A stretch of DNA of 63,205 bases, the filler included, from Olpidium bornovanus S191 (Eukaryota > Fungi > Olpidiomycota): assembly GCA_017911155.1 (NCBI GenBank). It is 32 parts of 32 records of this genome, joined end to end, with 100 filler letters (N's around TTAATTAATTAA, not from the genome) between each part and the next. Parts side by side here need not be neighbours in the genome. Positions count along the whole stretch, not along the records: positions 61,020 to 63,205 come from JAEFCI010010600.1; 31 more parts are not named here. The stretch is one strand, 5' to 3'. The notes beneath the pieces are model-generated. The model made no database searches. It was not told the DNA's origin and worked only from the letters and a program-made list of their open reading frames with translations. Position numbers and translations under genes: made by a program. Positions 61,331 to 63,205 of this stretch are shown piece by piece (position 1 is the first letter of the stretch; every line of letters starts with the position of its first letter).

Positions 61331-62712
61331 TCAAACTCCGCACGCTAGCCCCCCCCGCGCCGCCGCCACCTCTCCCTTTTCCCCCACCTTCCCCACGACT
61401 GCCACCTCGTGAGAGCCGCAAGAAGTACAAAAACCGACTGGAGCAGGAGTATCCTGCCCGGCCGAGAGGCGGCTGGTTTTCTTGCCGTCTTCCGGCAGAT
61501 CCAGCAGCGCGTAGTCGTCCTCGCTGATTTCGCACTCATCGACGTCGTCGCAGTTGGCGGGCTTCCAATCCACCTTGTACTCCGCAGCGATAGTCTCGAG
61601 GTATTTTTCGACGAGGCTGAGCTCCGGTGTCTCGACCTTCAGCTTGTTGATTACCTGAGATCACGTGGGCCAAGCTAAGGTGAGGAAGGGAGGAAGACGC
61701 GTTCGCGTGCTCTGCGCGCATCGCTCCGGATCTTCGGGAGAGACGAGGAGAAGCGTCGCGGAGAACAACACGCGGAGGCGGCGTTGTCGGAAGGAGGCGG
61801 CGGCGCACCCTCGGGTTGACCAGGTTGTGCCGGTTTTCCATCGCCGCGACGGCAAAGTCCCGCCCGAACTTAAGGATGAGCTGGTCGCGGACCTGCACGC
61901 GGAAAGGATCGACGAGGCCGGATGTAGGTATCGGCGAGCGTTCCGAAAACTGGCTGTCATTTTTTGGCTGCCGTCTCTCGCGAAAGCACGCGCTGTATTT
62001 TTTTTTCCCGCTCACCAACTGGAGCTCTTTGACCTCCGACCTGGGGGCCGCGTAGATGATGGTGTTCACGGCCTCTGATATGGCCTGGTCGCACTGCCTG
62101 AGAGGACGAGATCCGTCGTCAACCAGCCATGTTTTGGCCCTACTACCTGTTGGAGGCGAGCGAAGAGACGCGGCAGAGAACAGCGAGTATTCCGGCCGTA
62201 CTTCATCTGCTCCAGCAATCCAAAGCGTGCGAGCAGAAGCTCGCAGTATAGCTCGAGGATTTCCATGGCTTCGGAGTTCAGGTCCTCCCTGATGACATGT
62301 TCGACCTGAGACGCCGGGCAGAGGGGGTAGGGGAGGGGCCGGGCGAGGAGGCCTCAGCGCAAGGCGCAGGCGACGGCCGCTTGTGTCAAAAAGAGACCAT
62401 TTTTTCTTCAAACCCTGATTCTCGCGCTCTCCTCCTTCTTCTTTGCCAAGAGCTCTGCCAGCTCCCGGGCAGCCTGCTTGTTCAGAGAGGCCTTCTTTGC
62501 CTGCAGAAGCTTCAGGCGGCCGACGGCCAGTTTGAGTTGGACCTGGTTTTTCATGTCGGGACGAGGAAGCGGGGAAGGTTGTGAGCCGGGGGCGTTTTGC
62601 GGCGCGGCGGAAGACAGAAGACGGGGGAACAGGCAAGCGCGGCGGAAGACGGAAGACGGGGGAACAGGCAAGCGCGGCGAATTACCTTGCACTTGGTCGG
62701 GTTGAAAGACAT
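61331..62712 (-). CDS. IST1: ESCRT-III-associated IST1, multi-exon, 3' end uncertain
   Basis: MSFNPTKCK/VQLKLAVGRLKLLQAKK...ESARIR/VEHVIRED...EILELYCELLLARFGLL...EAVNTIIYAAPRSEVKEL...LVEKYLETIA. Confidence 0.93.
62602..62679. repeat. 35-bp tandem duplication in IST1 intron 1
   Basis: GCGCGGCGGAAGAC(A/G)GAAGACGGGGGAACAGGCAA at 62602 and 62637, with a partial third start at 62672. Confidence 0.9.
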
Positions 62713-63100
62713 GGTCCTTTTTTTTTTTCTTTTTGGCCTCTCTCTCTCTCTCTTGCTCTCTTATCGTTCTCCTTTGCTTGTTTTTCTCCGAGCGCGGCGG
62801 CGGCGAACGCGGCGGGCAAGTTCGGCTCTGCGGGGCGGGGCGGGGCGGGGCGCGGGGGGGGGAAGGGGACGGGAAGGGGGGAGTTGGTGTGAGGGGAGAA
62901 AGGGAAGGAAAGGAAGGAGAGGAGAGACGAGAGGAGAGGAGAGGAAGAGGAGAGAGGAGGGAAGGGGGGGGGAAGAAAGGCCGGAAAATGGAAGAAAAAA
63001 AGAAAAAAAAAATTTATGAAAAGGGGGAAATAAATAAAGAAATGAATAAGCAATCAACGTAAAAATAATTCCCTCTGCTTTTGTTTTATTTTTTTTTCTT

Positions 63101-63131
<31 letters not shown>

Positions 63132-63205
63132 CCCCCCCCGCCCCCCCCCCCCCCCCCCCCCCCCCTCCCCCCTCCCCCCCCCCCCCCCCCCCCCCCCAGG
63201 GCGCG

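Overview
This window is not a continuous locus. It is a concatenation of 32 short contigs (about 1-5 kb) joined by 31 identical 100-nt artificial spacers (44 N + TTAATTAATTAA + 44 N), so gene neighbourhoods across gaps mean nothing. The DNA is eukaryotic, GC-rich and intron-rich, with long homopolymer runs in introns and intergenic regions. Gene content points to an early-diverging, flagellated fungus: chitin synthase, CSR1, ARG5,6, an ARL13B-type ciliary GTPase and EF-like (EFL) factor. An Olpidium-like organism is my inference, not demonstrated. Recognisable, mostly partial genes: TSR1, an LRR protein, caleosin, tRNA-Lys(CTT), ARG5,6, RGA1-like LIM protein, LSM4, ARL13B, MRH4-like DEAD-box helicase, an AEC/PILS transporter, an atypical PCL-type cyclin, a GPI-anchored A/P/S/T-rich protein, RAD9, EFL, CSR1, ELG1, SSC1, EPT1/CPT1, RSM23/DAP3, chitin synthase and IST1. 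There are also many decayed Copia and Gypsy fragments. The strongest candidate for an undescribed system is an intron-containing, bacterial-type fatty acyl-AMP ligase fused to an acyl carrier domain (FAAL-ACP, 29524-32382), whose downstream domains are cut off. Other notable signals: a complete hAT-type MITE with an 8-bp TSD; Copia primer-binding sites matching the anticodon arm of initiator tRNA-Met; an inverted Copia integrase segment; and a perfect 25-bp hairpin. All identifications come from motif recognition by eye; no database searches were run.
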